From: Eledone cirrhosa
Lineage: Eukaryota
Direction: 5' to 3'
DNA: 64,000 bases
Assembly (NCBI GenBank): GCA_964016885.1
Contig: OZ024740.1
Coordinates: 275,218,001-275,282,000 of the forward strand
Positions 13,480-26,954 of this stretch are shown piece after piece (position 1 is the stretch's first letter; every line of letters starts with the position of its first letter). The notes beneath the pieces are model-generated. The model made no database searches. It was not told the origin of the DNA and worked only from the letters and a program-made list of their open reading frames with translations. The position numbers were made by a program, and so were the translations under genes.

Positions 13480-13705
13480 ACGTATGAACAAATGGCCCGA
13501 TTTGAAGCTGTGCCGGTGAGGAACACTGGCTTTGAGGAACAATCAACATGTTTCTAGGTCATTACCCTTCATCAGGACTGTATAGCTCTGCCAGTCAGTT
13601 GAATGGTTGAAAATATATAGTATTTCCAGCGTTGGACAATCAGGTGATGATTGTTAACCGGCATGGCACAGCTTATTATTAATGTTCGATACAACCCATA
13701 TGCAC
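13480..13705 (-). mobile_element. PLE-derived element with HHR motif at 13541-13578
   Basis: Minus strand reads AGTC CTGATGA AGGGT-AATG-ACCTA GAAA CATG T T GATT. A diverged relative in the opposite orientation lies at 14550-14720. Confidence 0.7.
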
Positions 13706-13802
13706 ATATGTGTGTGTATAAAGGTGTGTGTGTATATATATATATGTGTGTATACATATATATGTGTGTGTGTATGTGTGTGTGTATATATATATATATA
13801 TA

Positions 13803-13990
13803 TAGGACCCCGACGGCTGAGCTCAAGCCGTTTCGATGGCTAATTCTGGACTAGTCCAGAATTAGCCGTCGAAACGGCTTGAGCTCAGCCGTCGGGGTCC
13901 TACTCGTTCCTATTACCCACTCTACTACCCTAAGTATTGAGTACTTTGGTGCGTTATGGTCCACCTGGTTCCTTACCACATTTCCTTCGT

Positions 13991-13991
<1 letters not shown>
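13803..13991 (+). mobile_element. Family B short element with a 100 bp terminal palindrome
   Basis: 13803-13902 is palindromic about CTGGACTAGTCCAG (one mismatch), with a unique extension to (TA)n at 13991. Relatives lie at 16890-16928, 25463-26051, 27609-27810, 31050-31180, 38141-38203, 38587-38808 and 48700-48835. Confidence 0.85.
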
Positions 13992-14030
<39 letters not shown>

Positions 14031-14410
14031 ACACATGGCTTAGTGGTTAGAGCATTGGCCTTGCAATCGAAAGGTTGTGAGTTCAATTCTCAGACCGGGT
14101 GATGTGTTGTTTCCTTGAGCAAGACACTTTATTTCACATTGCTCCAGTTTACTCAGCTGTAGAAATGAGATGATAGGACTGAGGTCCCTATCATTCCACT
14201 GCAAAGTGGTTGTGGAGGTGCCATGGCAAAAAAGCACCCAGCCCACACTGTAAAGTGGACGTGGAGGTGCCATGGAAAAAAGCACCAAGCACTCACTGTA
14301 AATGAGGTTGGTGTTAGGAAGGGCATCCAGCTGTAGAAATCAAACCAGAATCAGTCCCTGTCCCACCCTTGCAAGCAGGGAAAAGCGGACATAAAATGAT
14401 GATGATGATG
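14031..14410 (+). mobile_element. Full-length CORE-type SINE with RTE-derived tail (called SINE-B here)
   Basis: A box TGGCTTAGTGG, B box GAGTTCAATTC, CORE-like CCTTGAGCAAGACACTTT, RTE-like 3' region and (TGA)n tail. Nearly identical to 49190-49570. Confidence 0.9.
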
Positions 14411-14889
14411 TGTACATGTGTATACTTATATTTATGCATAAGCTGTGCTAGGATGAGAAATAAAATTCTAATTTTATTTTTAATATTCAGCAAGACCAGC
14501 CGTAACTCGCCTGGTATGCAAATGAGAATACTCAGCCAATGTATACTTGAGGAAATACTATATATTTTCAAACATTCAACAGACTGGCAGAGGTATACAG
14601 TCCAAATGAAGGGTAATAACCCATAAACATATTGATTGTCAAAGCAGCTTCAAATCAGACCGTACATTTACGAATGAATCAAACATTATTATTAATGTTC
14701 GATATAACCCATACATACATATATGAGTGTATATATGTGTGTGTGTGTATATATATGTATATATGTGTGTGTATATTAAATTTGCTAAGGTAAGATTCTT
14801 TTGTTATCTTAGCGATTTAATTTTCTTTCTAATGCATTATTTGGTTTTGAAAATTATTTAAATATATATATATATATATATATATATAC

Positions 14890-16845
14890 AAGGTAGGAGG
14901 TTTGCCAATGTTCTGTGACGGGGAGATCAGAGGTGTGCGGTTGTCCACATTGCAAGGCAGTGTGTCAATGCAAATCATCATGTTGTTGAAGATAAATGTG
15001 TCCAGAATTATGCCGGTGTACTTAGTGTCACGAATGATCAGAAAAAGGAGGCCTGGAAATGTTATTATGAGAGACTGATGAATGTGGTGAACGAATGGGA
15101 GATAGAGAAATTACCCTCAGTAGATCCGACAGAGGGACCAGCTATTGAGATGACGAATATAGGGTCCAAGAGGCGATTAAGGAAATGAAAAATTGTAAGG
15201 CTGCTGGACCATCGGGGATAGTTGCTGAGATGCTGAAGGCATCAGGGGACATAGGCACTAAACTGGTTGCACGCATCATCAATCAGGCTATTTATGGTGG
15301 TGTCATACCCAAAGACTGGTGCAGCAGTATTCTCATAAATTGCTACAAAGGTAAAGGGGATGCTCTGGAGAGGAGCAATTATAGGGGTATAAAACTGATG
15401 GATCAGGTTATGAAAGTGGCAGAAAGGATATTAGCACAACTAATTACAGAAAGGGTCAAACTAGATGAGATGCAGTTTGGTTTTGTGCCTGGTAAGATTA
15501 CAACAGATGCCCTCTTCTTGGTGAGACAATTGCAAGAGAGGTTCTTAGAGAAAAATAAGCCACTATACTTAGCCTTTGTTGATATAGAGAAGGCCTTTGA
15601 TAAGGTGCCCCGATCTGTCATCTGGTGGTCCCTAAGGAAACTAGGTGTTGAGGAATGGTTTGTGAGGACAGTGCAAACTTTGTACAGAGTACTCTAGGTA
15701 AAGTCAGGTAGGAATGGAGTTTAGTGAGGAATTCCAGATACAAGTAGGAGTACAACAAGGTTCGGTCCTCAGCCCGCTCTTGTTCATTATAGTCCTCCAA
15801 GCCATAACAGAAGAGCTTAAGAGTGGCTGTCCATGGGAACCTCTCTATGCTGACGATCTGGTTTTTATAGCAGAATCAGTAGAGGAGCTAGAGAATAAAT
15901 TCTGGCTACGGAAACAGCAGTTGGAAGCAAGAGGACTGAGAGTGAACCTAGCTAAGACAAAAGTGTTGATGAGTAGAAAAGAGGACAAAACTCTGATTCC
16001 GTCAGGGAAATGGCCATGTTCGATATGCAGAAAAGGAACTGGCATAAATTCTATAAAATGCACACAATGCAGATCATGGGTACACAAGAGATGTAGTGAG
16101 ATAGCAGGCAAAACTAACAGGTAGGGAGAAATACGTATGCAGTAGTAGATGTACAGGGAAATTAGACAGTAGGTCGCATTGATAGACACATTTTTTCAAA
16201 TGCAGGCAGGTGCTATAGAAGTGGTGGATAGCTTCCGGTACCTAGGAGATCAGATTAGCATGGGAGGGGGGTGTTTCCAGGCCATAGTATCTAGAATAAG
16301 GACGGGTTGGAAGAAGTTTAGGGAGCTGTTTCCTCTGCTGATGAAGAAGGGTTTCTCCCTGCGTACGAAAGTCTGGTTATATGATGCCTGTGTGAGGAGC
16401 GCGATGCTGCATGGTAGTGAGACATGGGCAGCAACTGCAGAGGATATGTGACGACTGGAGAGAAATGATGCAAGCATGCTCCGTTGGATGTGCAGTCTCA
16501 ATGTGCGTGAACGATCCAGCATGAATGTGTTGAGAGAGAATCTGTGTCTGAGAGGGATAGAATGTAGTGTGCGAGAGAGGAGACTGAGGTGGTATGGACA
16601 TGTGATGCGCATGGAGGATGACCGATGGGTGAAGAAGTGCCAGGAAATGCCAGTTGAAGGAAGACGTGGTAGAGGTAGACCACGAAAAACATGGGCGGAG
16701 TTGGTGAGAACAGACCTCAGATAGCTGAAGCTCATGGTGGAGATGACGAAGGACCGTGACAAGTGGAGAGATGCTGTGCTGAATAAGACCCATCCCACCC
16801 TTGCAAGCAGGTAAGAGCAGGCATAAAATGATGATGATGATGATG

Positions 16846-16846
<1 letters not shown>
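14890..16846 (+). pseudogene. 5'-truncated RTE-1 LINE with the RT domain broken by frameshifts and stops
   Basis: ORF pieces 15185-15697, 15714-16124, 16179-16451 and 16476-16724 contain KAAGPSGI, NYRGIKL, QFGF, FVDIEKAFD, QGSVLSP, YADD, FRYLG and WYGHV. It has a (TGA)n tail and (TA)n on both sides. Confidence 0.95.
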
Positions 16847-17175
<329 letters not shown>

Positions 17176-17345
17176 TTCCAAAGAAGACAGGATTGATCAG
17201 TTATTTACATATTAGAATCAGGAAGTGATGTAACCACTACCTGCTTAGTTGATTTATTAATTTACCTCAATCAATTCACCCTCTGATAGGAACGTAAAAC
17301 AATGATAGACTAGACTCCAAATCTCTGACTTTTATTTTCTTTTCA

Positions 17346-17405
17346 TTATTCAATACACACTCGCATACATATATATATGTATGTATGCGAGTGTGTATTG
17401 AATAA
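17346..17405. repeat. Perfect 25 bp inverted repeat around a TA-rich spacer
   Basis: TTATTCAATACACACTCGCATACAT...ATGTATGCGAGTGTGTATTGAATAA. Confidence 0.9.
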
Positions 17406-17419
17406 CATATATATAAATA

Positions 17420-17590
17420 TATACGATATTAACAAATGGAAACTATATTTATAAAACCATATTTATTTCATTATACATATTTCAAGGACACCAAGTTAAA
17501 TTATGGTGTGCTTTCATCAGATAAAATATAATATAGATCAGTTTTATAAATAAATATTGACATACCCTTAAAGAATGCAACCATTATACT
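17420..17590 (-). mobile_element. Family A PLE-derived element with HHR-like motif
   Basis: Homologous to 40053-40220 and 58001-58140. Minus strand reads CTGATGA AAGCACACCA...TGGTGTCCTT GAAA TATG TA. Confidence 0.75.
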
Positions 17591-17899
17591 ATAAATTATG
17601 TCCTTAGAATCATTTGATAAGATATATACTCAATTTCCTCTCCCAATTAGGATAATCAACCACACAAAATACCAATTAAACCAGACTATAAGATTAAAAG
17701 GCACCTGTGAAGAAATAATAGATAAATAAACGATAGCCATTTATTTGCGATCAACTGCCATAGAATATTTACCCATGATTTCAATAGCACATGGAAATCG
17801 ATTAAATTTATCGTCAACCATATACAATTAGGTATAAAATTAAATATATATATCGTCAACCATACACAATTAGGTATAAAATTATATATATATATATTT

Positions 17900-18130
17900 A
17901 TTTATTTATTAAATTAAGAGATTAAAGTTTAAGCAAAGAATCGCTGCTTTCACCATTAACAGGAAGATCCCACTAAGGGTGAAAGCAACGATTCTTTGCT
18001 TAAACTTTAATCGATTATTTTCATAAAAATTTGTTCTACGGTTTTTATATATATATTATATATTTTTATATATATAATATCCTTATCGAGCCCTCTTCTG
18101 ATTTTAATCTTCACATTTATTATTATTACT
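17900..18130. mobile_element. Family D short fold-back element
   Basis: Arms 17921-17954 and 17978-18011. The same sequence blocks occur rearranged at 45171-45290. Confidence 0.75.
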
Positions 18131-18662
18131 ATATATATATATATATACATTTATATATATATATATATATGTGTGTGTGTTTGTATGCATAATGTACATG
18201 CATATATCTATATACATATGCACACACATACACACAAACATATGTATATATATATAGAGAGAGATTTAGATAGATATATGTGTATGTCAGTATCTATTCA
18301 CAGTGTGGTTGAAACAGTGTAAAAAGTTATATAAAGTTATTTTTTATTGATGTAAAAAGAAAGAGAAACCTGAAAGAATTTCGTAAAAGGAAAATATAAA
18401 GTTAGAAGAGGAACAATTCAAACAAATTGAATAAGAATCATACTCTCTATCTTGTTGCTGCAATTTAAATATCTTCTTGCCTGTATTTATGGCATGATAT
18501 TTTGCCTGGAGGCATTGACACCCACCTCTACACACAAACACATGCACACAAATATATATTATGTGTATACTGATAGCTACATAGACTCACTCACATGATG
18601 TACATATGTGTATAGATGTACATATGTGTGTGTGTGTGTTTTTGTGTGTATATATGTGTGTG

Positions 18663-18724
<62 letters not shown>

Positions 18725-19538
18725 TACACACTATTTTTTTTGTTATTCTCTATTTTTTCCGATTCTTTCTCACACTTTCTCTTCATCTCTCTAACTTCGT
18801 CTCTTCCACTCTCTTACTTCCTATCTTTCACACCCCACCCCTTTCAAAGGGTCACTTTTGATACAAGAAAACCTCAAGTGAATCACAGAAAATAAAGTAG
18901 AAACAAAAGGGGAGATAACAAAACAAACAAACCCAAAACAACAACAACAACAAAAAACGAAAACCAAATCAGAAGGAAGCAGTATAAGATAAAGAAAACC
19001 AAAAAAAAAAAAAGGAAAACTGGAAGAATAAGAAAGAGAATAATGGAAATAATTGATAAGCAAAGAAAAATATTCTGTAAATTTTCTGTAAAGATTGATC
19101 TTATAAGATTTACTATATATTTGGTGCCTCTTTTGTTTCAATAGACAACAGGGCATATAAATTGAATTAGACTTCCCATGATCCCACAGGGTTAAAGCCG
19201 ACATCCCATAATGATTAAATTATCTTCTGTTATTACATTTTCTAAGTTTCTCACTGTTTATATCAGTGTTGGTGTTGTAGATGTGAAGCATCTAAAAAGA
19301 GCTCCTCATGTACAAAATCCGTTAAGATCGTTTAAACAATTAAAGATAAAAGCTAGGAACTTATAGAAAAATAATTTCTAGAAAATATATATATGGTTTG
19401 ATGCCTATAGCAAGGATTATCTTTATATATATATATACATACATGCATATACACCTATATATATATATATACATGTGTATATATAAATGTTTATATGTAT
19501 ATATGTATGTATCAACATATATGTGTGTGCACGTGTAT

Positions 19539-19584
<46 letters not shown>

Positions 19585-19917
19585 TCATTCACTTGCATAT
19601 TGCAAGTAAATATGTGGATATAACAAACCATACATCTGTCTACATTTGTGAGTAGAGTGAACTGTGACATTTTCCTTCATTTTTACACAGATGAAGATTA
19701 ATTCCCCACTACTTTCATTCAGTATAAGTACCATCGTCTATTTCATTAAGTTGCTTGATTAATTAAAAATATAGATCCCAGTTTGTATATATCAATACCT
19801 CATTTTCAAAGGATAATGTGAGATAGGGAAAATGGATTCATAACTTGAGTAATGAGATTTTGGAATGGCTAACTTGATGAAACATTGGATTGTGAACTGA
19901 AGTTTCATCTTTTTAAA

Positions 19918-20078
19918 TAATTGTTTCTACTTTTGGCACAAGGCCAGCAAATACCCAGTACATTACTGGTACTTTATTTTATCGACCTCGTAAGGATGAA
20001 AGGCAAAGTTAACCTCGGCAGGATTTGAACTCAGATCATAAAGGGCCGTAACTCTGTGCTGCAAAGCATGGTGTCCGA
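19918..20078 (-). mobile_element. SINE-A copy
   Basis: Reverse complement of the 4936-5120 consensus. Confidence 0.88.
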
Positions 20079-20617
20079 ATATCACACAGCCTGAAAGCTA
20101 CTATGCTCTCTTGTTATACTTTATTTTATTGATTAATAGAACAACTAATTATTACTGCCTTATATATCTGAAGATTTTACATGTGTAGCTGTTCGCTATA
20201 GTTGATTGCATTGACATGATTATATGGTGGGTATCCATCTGTTTTTCCAAGTTTTTGTGGCTTAATTAAGAGAGGATCATAGAAAACATGGGCCTCTGTG
20301 ATTGTTGAAAAGATTATGCTCACACTTGAAATCTAGATCAAATCCTTGCAGCTCATCCCATTGAGAACCTTTGATGTAGTACGATCCAACAACGATGATG
20401 TTGTCATATTATCACACATAGTGTATCATACACAACATTATTCCAGCATTTCCTTTTTTTTCAAGAAGGCAGTATATGGAAATTTTGGCTTCTACTTCCA
20501 TTAGGCCTTGTTGTTGGCTTCTTTTGTTAGTGTTGATGGTGTAAACAAAGATGATATTAATTACAGTTTTGGTGATGGATGCTGGAGATTGGATTGTTGC
20601 TAGTTCTTTGTATAGTA

Positions 20618-20805
20618 ATAATTGTTTCTACTTTTGGCATAAGACCAGCAATTACCCAGTACATTACTTGTACTTTATTTTATTGACCCCGTAAGGATAA
20701 AAGGCAAAGTTGACCTCGGCGGGATTTGAACACAGAATGGAAAGGGCCGTAATTCTATGTGTCAAAGCATGACGTCCGGCCCTTTACCGATACTGCCAAT
20801 CCACC
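20618..20805 (-). mobile_element. SINE-A copy
   Basis: Reverse complement of the 4936-5120 consensus, close to full length. Confidence 0.88.
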
Positions 20806-21149
20806 AATGATAATTAAGTTGGTGGTATTGTGACAGTAATAATCTGGTAACAGTTGAGAATGTTTGTGAGAGAGGAAACTTACATAGTTTGAGTTATCTA
20901 CAATGCAAGTTTTATGGATGTATATAAAACATTGCTACCCATTTCCTCAAAAACATCTATCACAACGAGCACCAGTCTATAAATACCAGCTGCATTGACC
21001 AGGGAGTTGGGACATTGCAGCATTAGAATACAAGAAATCTATGTCAGTTACATGCAAATTGATGTGGTTGGTTCTATACTGTAAGGATACAAGTTTATAA
21101 AAGGAGCTTGCAGTACCTGAGACTTATATATATATTATAGGTGATAATG

Positions 21150-22250
21150 ATGCTCATTATAATAGTACGCTCATTTACATGGGTCATTCTTCTCAACTTT
21201 TACCTATACTTCATAAAATTAACTGGGGGGACAACACTTCATTGTGGATCACTGGACTGATATCTGGTTAATATGTTTGAGGTTTGATTAAGCCATACCT
21301 GCAGGCAGATAGGATCTCGGATTTTGTTACAAGTAGCATGTCAGTCTCACATAGAAATGAGCTGAGAGAAAGCTGTTCCTAAAATGTCTGGCAAAAGAAG
21401 CAAGTGCATACATCACTTCATTGATTTATTACCACTTGACTGCTGTACCTTGATCCAAATTTCATCTGATTTGAATAGGGTGGGGCACTGGATTTTTATT
21501 TCTTGAGGAATGGATCCATTCCGTTGGTCAGAAGGTCCATCTACTGTCATAACCCTCTTAGCATGTCCTAGCTGATGATGTAGAGGTATGTTATAATGTT
21601 GTAGCATATGTGGAGATTGCTGGACTGTGAGAGGATGTGGTTGCTGTTTGTCAGGCATATCTTCACACAGCATGTTTCTTTGAAGGTACTGCAATCCTAG
21701 ATCAAGCAGTGATTAAGTTGTGCCACCTGGATTCCAGAAGATAGCCAGATATTCACATTTCTCTATGAGTAGTGTAGTTCAGCTGGAAGTACATTAAGAC
21801 TTGCATTCTATAGTGGATTAGTTGTGAGCAAGAATAACAATATTCTTGGGCAGATTATATGCATTGCCTGAGATCAATGAAATGGCTTCTTTTAAAGGAC
21901 TTTTGGCCCAGAGTCTATAAAAAACATCAATAAATCACTGACATGAAAGTGTCATTAAAGGAAAGAGAACATTGCTCATTAAGAAGAAACTTCAGATGTA
22001 CAGAAGAGCCATAAGCCAAGAATATCTGAGATGTGTACAGAGCAACCAAACAATTTTGCATACACTCATTCAGTATCCAAGTAAAGCTCACTTATATAGT
22101 TATGTCAAGGTGTAAATGTCATGGCTAACACAAATTCAATTATCAGCCAAGTTCACCATGAAAACCATTCAACTGGCTTCTTCTGTTTGGTGGCTTAAGT
22201 GAAAGGTAGTGTAGTTTGGGTAACATTACAAAGATACTAAAGACATATTT
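21150..22250 (+). pseudogene. Second, highly decayed copy of the Tx1/L1-type LINE
   Basis: 21800-21910 (GCATTCTATAGTGGATTAGTTGTGAGCAAGAATAACAATATTCTTGGG) matches 2290-2400. Boundaries are uncertain. Confidence 0.5.
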
Positions 22251-23029
22251 ACCACTTAGAGAGGAGATTTGGGGTGGAAGATGATGTGCTAGTTTTATAA
22301 AAATGGTAATAATCGCCCATTTAAATGAGCCTACTCTTATGATAAGGACCATCATCATTTTCACGATATGCTTTGGATGAGATTTTTTAATCTCACAATA
22401 TATTCTCATATATGCTATAATGTATTATGGCATGTCTATAGATTTTAGCCAAAACTTTATATAATAGATTAATGCAAACACTTGATCTCTATATACAATT
22501 TATTTAGTGGTGTCAGCTGCACTAATTTCATTTCTGTATTAGGATTATATTAGTGGCTAATATATTTATTTGCATATATCTTTCTACCAATGGATACCTT
22601 CTACCTAAGTTACACTAATGTTTCACTTAAGATATTAATTTACAGTATTTATCCTTATCAGTACAGCTCATATCTCCAGCATGAATCAGCTAAATATCTT
22701 AGCTTCCTCAGCTCACTGTTAAGCAAGTTAGCATTGAAAACCTTGGAAGCATGTTCTACATATTCCACTCCAGTATCTGCAGATATTTTCATTACCCATA
22801 GAGTACATAATTTTTACATGTACTTTCATGTAAATAGAAAGACTGTTTTTTTTAAATTGGCATCACACAATATTATGAATAAGAATACATTATTAGTATT
22901 TAGTAGAGAAAGGGATGAAAAGCTAACTCAAATCAAGTAGGGTTTGAACTTATTAAGTAACAGCATTGTTTCTGTCTCTACGTTTAATGCCAATTGCTGC
23001 CCTATATGTGTATGGCATCCTCATTATAT

Positions 23030-23900
23030 TCATGTAAGTTATTTTCCATGCCTACATAGATTAGTGCATTACACATACAGAGGACTGACTGGTCAAGTAA
23101 ATAGATACTGTGTATATATTTTGTTTTTTCTTTGTTTATATGGTTAGATGCTCTTCCTAAAGCCAACTACTTTATAGCAATACTGGCAATATGTTTTCTA
23201 AGGCTGGATGCCCTTCATAACACAAACAACTTTACAGCATGTACTGGGAGCATGATTTTTTAATGCCGACCACTTTACAGTGTGTACTGGGAGGATTTTA
23301 TCATGATGCAGGCACCACCATATTGACATGGTGAACAGGGTTCTTTTAATCATGAAAAACATGACATGGTGAACAGGGTTCTTTTCATCTTTTCTGGGTC
23401 ATCTTCTTTGTGAAATTCAGCTGCATGAGATTGGCCTTCACCAAATCATCCCATATATTCCTATCCATTCTCCTTTCAAGGGTTTCTTTGACTTTAACTG
23501 CTCAGCATCTCTTTATGCAGCTGTCATCCTTCATATGAAACACATATCGATACCATCACAGTCTCCTCTCCTGTATGCGGAAACCAATGCCTCGTATGCC
23601 CAGTTTTTCTCTGAACCCATTCATACTACATCGCTTATGTATACCATGATAATTCATCCATAAGAGGATGCTTGCCTCATTTCTTTCACTACTATGTAGT
23701 CTCACTACTATGTAGTCTCACAACTATGTAGTCTCACTACTATGTAGTCTCACTACTATGTAGTCTCACAACTATGTAGTCTCACTACTATGTAGTCTCA
23801 CTACTATGTAGTCTCACAACTATGTAGTCTCACTACCATGTAGTCTCACTACTATGTAGCATTACCATTCACATGCAACTATTGTACAACCTGCCTTGTG
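23030..23900 (-). pseudogene. Old RTE 3' end, degenerate
   Basis: Decayed EKLGIRGI...ERRL.WYR and RTE 3'UTR motifs (GGCTGGATGCCCTTC). Confidence 0.7.
23685..23860. repeat. 16 bp minisatellite x11 with a 48 bp higher-order period
   Basis: Unit CTCACTACTATGTAGT; units 3, 6 and 9 are CTCACAACTATGTAGT. Confidence 0.95.
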
Positions 23901-24130
23901 TTTATGTATATACATGTGATTTTATGTACATTTATGTTTATGGATGCTTTCATGGATGTCTGTATATATATATATATATATTTGAATTTCGTATTTCTAA
24001 AGAAATACCTTATGTTTATAAATAAATATTTAGAAAGCCATAGCTATGAAAGACACTGGCAGCTAACGCCACCAAGCGGTACTTGGCAGAACCAAGGGGG
24101 AGAATCATTTATGCATTATGTATATATATA

Positions 24131-24300
24131 TGTAGAGGGTCGGACGCCATGCTTTGACGTATAGAGTTACGGCCCTTGCCATTCTGAGTTCAAATCCCGC
24201 CGAGGTTAACTGTGCCTTTCATCCTTACGGGGTCAATAAAATAAAGTACCAGTAATCTAATGGGTAATTGCTGGCCTTGTTCCAAAAGTAGAAACAATTA
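24131..24300 (+). mobile_element. SINE-A copy, slightly 5'-truncated
   Basis: Matches the SINE-A consensus; TA-rich on both sides. Confidence 0.88.
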
Positions 24301-24420
24301 TGTATATATATATATATGTATATGTGTGAGTATATATATATATATGTATATGTGTGAGTATATATATATATGTATATGTGTGTGTATATATATGTATAGT
24401 TAGTTACAATAGTGACATAT

Positions 24421-24470
24421 ACAGGTACTTAAGTTTCGTTGGGTTATAGACCCCAAATCATTCAGCCTGT
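24421..24470 (-). ncRNA. Type I hammerhead ribozyme motif (variant core)
   Basis: Minus strand reads ACAGG CTGAATGA TTTGGG-GTCTATAA-CCCAAC GAAA CTTAAG T A CCTGT: 5 bp helix I, palindromic ACUUAAGU helix III, GUA site and one extra core nucleotide. Confidence 0.7.
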
Positions 24471-25462
24471 TATATGTATATATATAAATATACATATAAT
24501 GCGAAAATATTTGGGATCATTAAAATTGCTAAAGTAACTTCCTATAGTCTTCCCCCTTTTATTTCAGATCTTTTTCCCTATCCATTTTCTCGAATACTTA
24601 TTACCTTGGCACTTTTACCTCATATGCTTTGTCAGGCTTCCAAATAACCAAACTTATTTCCTGATTGTATTTGTAATCTCATATTCCACAATGTATCAAA
24701 TAAACTACAACACTTTATTATTCTATTTTAAATTCAAATCTTAAACTGAAATCTCCTTATTACGTGAAAGATAATATTATATTCCGAATAGTTAACATTT
24801 ATATTTTTTATTCTGTTGAAAATTAGAAATTTTACTAAACTTCTATATACTTCTATATTTTGTAATTTAATACAAAATATTGTAGTTAGGAATATAGTCA
24901 AACACATTTTACTGAAAATCGAAATTGGTTCCAACTAACAATGATGCGAACTTGAAGACTCATATTGGCTAAAATTTTGTAAAATATTTTGTCTAAGGCT
25001 ATATTGTTTCTTTCAAATCATCAACCTTCTTGTATTACAAATATGAACAACAATGCTTGCCAGAAAAGACAATGATGAAAACAATGCAAACTAGCTGAAG
25101 CAGCAAAACAATCAAAATACCTTACAAACTAAGTAGGAAAACAGAAAATAAAATACAACAAAAAATATGTAGCAGAAAATTGTAAGAGACAGTTGAAGTG
25201 CTCCAGAAAGGACACAACCACAACTGTTTGCAACAACTGTAGAAGACATACACCCACTGAGAAAAATATATTCGCACACACACACACATACGCAGTAAAC
25301 CATCAATAAACATACTTAAATATATCTATATATGCAAACAGACACAAAAGTTTTATATACCAGGTTGAATATTTCAAACGTAAGTGTTGCTTCACCTCTC
25401 TTTCTCTCTCCCTTTCAATATATGTGTATATATATATATATATCTGCGTGTGTATATATATA

Positions 25463-26051
25463 TATAAACAAAGAAGGAATGGTAAGATACCAGGTTGACC
25501 AAAACACTCTAGAGTACTCAATACTTAAGATAGTAGAGTGGGTAATATGAAAAGAGTCAGGACCCCAATGGCTGAGCTCTGGCTGTTTCAACAGCTAGAT
25601 CCGAACTAAGCCAGCAGTATTAGAACGGCGGGAATCTAGCTGAACTTATCAAGGGGTTCAGTCCATATAAGGGCATGCAGTCAAAATAAAAAAAGCAGAA
25701 ACACCAAAGCAAAAAAAATTCTGAAAAATTTGTTGTTTTTCTTGTCTGTCACGGGGAGTGGTCAATGATCTGGGGGTGACATGTACATAGTTAAATTCCT
25801 TCTTAGTGGAATATTCTGCTTTTTTTGTTTTGACTGCATGCCCTTATATGGACTGTACCCTTTGATAAGTTCAGCTAGATTCCCGCCGTTCTAATACTGG
25901 TGGTTTAGTTTGGATCTAGCTGTCGAAATGGCTGGAGCTCAGCCGTTGGGGTCCTGACTCTTTTCATATTACCCACTCTACTATCTTAAGTATTGAGCAC
26001 TCTAGAGTATTTTGGTCAACCTGGTATCTTACCATTCCTTCTTTGTTTATA
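25463..26051. mobile_element. Long family B fold-back element
   Basis: Arms 25463-25700 and 25814-26051 with scattered mismatches. Degenerate HHR-like TTGATAA..CAGCTAGAT...ATCTAGCTG TC GAAA at about 25860-25937. Confidence 0.85.
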
Positions 26052-26400
26052 TCATCATCATCATCATCATCGTTTAACGTCCATCTTCCACACTAGCATG
26101 GGTTTGGACGGGAGTTTTCCCACTTGAGGCAAGAGTGGTTGTCTTGCTCGCATAGGACTGTCTGGCGGGTTTTCTACGGCTGGATGCCCTTCCTAACACC
26201 AACCACATTTACAGTGTGGACTGGGAGGTTTTTACCGTGTTACCTACACGGCCACATTACAGCGTGGACTGTGTGTTTTTTTGTCGTGACACCTACACAC
26301 CTTCACAACCTCATTTGTTTCGAACTGGATGTTGTGGTACCAACATAACTTTACATTTTACATTGAAAGGGGTGGTGTGGATGGGGTGGGGGTAGTGGGA
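26052..26400 (-). mobile_element. RTE long 3'UTR (called RTE-2 here) with (TGA)n tail
   Basis: Homologous to 43740-44100 and 52923-53400. Confidence 0.85.
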
Positions 26401-26954
26401 CAATTTATATATATATATATATATATACACACACAGAGATATATATATATACACATATATTGAAAGGGAGAGAGAAAGAGAGAATGAGAGATGTGAACCA
26501 ACACTTACGTTTGAAATATTCAACCTGGTATATAAACAAAAATGTACCATCTAGCTGTAAAAGTGAAGTCAATTCACCTACAAGTATTTACTGACCTTTG
26601 CCTTTCATCCTTACGGAGGTCGATAAAATAAAGTACCAGTAAGCTACTGAGGTTGATTTAATCAACTTTCCCTTCCCCTTCAAATTGCTGTCCATGTGCC
26701 ATATGTAGAAACAATTATTATTATTAATATATATCATCATTATCGTTTAACATCCATTGACCACGCTAGCATGGGTTAGACGGGTTGTCCTGTTGTGGGC
26801 AGTGTCCGGTTGGCTGACCATGCCTTGCTCATACGGAACTGATTCTGGCTTGATTTCTACAACTGGATGCCCTTCCTAACACCAATCTCATTTACATATA
26901 TATATATGTATATATGTATATATATATATATATAAATAGATATACATATATACA

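Noticed and set aside
14031-14100. tRNA gene (also 49190-49260)
   Set aside because: The acceptor and anticodon stems do not pair and the sequence continues into CORE and RTE tail, so it is a SINE head.
23685-23860. CRISPR-like array
   Set aside because: Contiguous tandem units with no spacers, in eukaryotic context with no cas genes.
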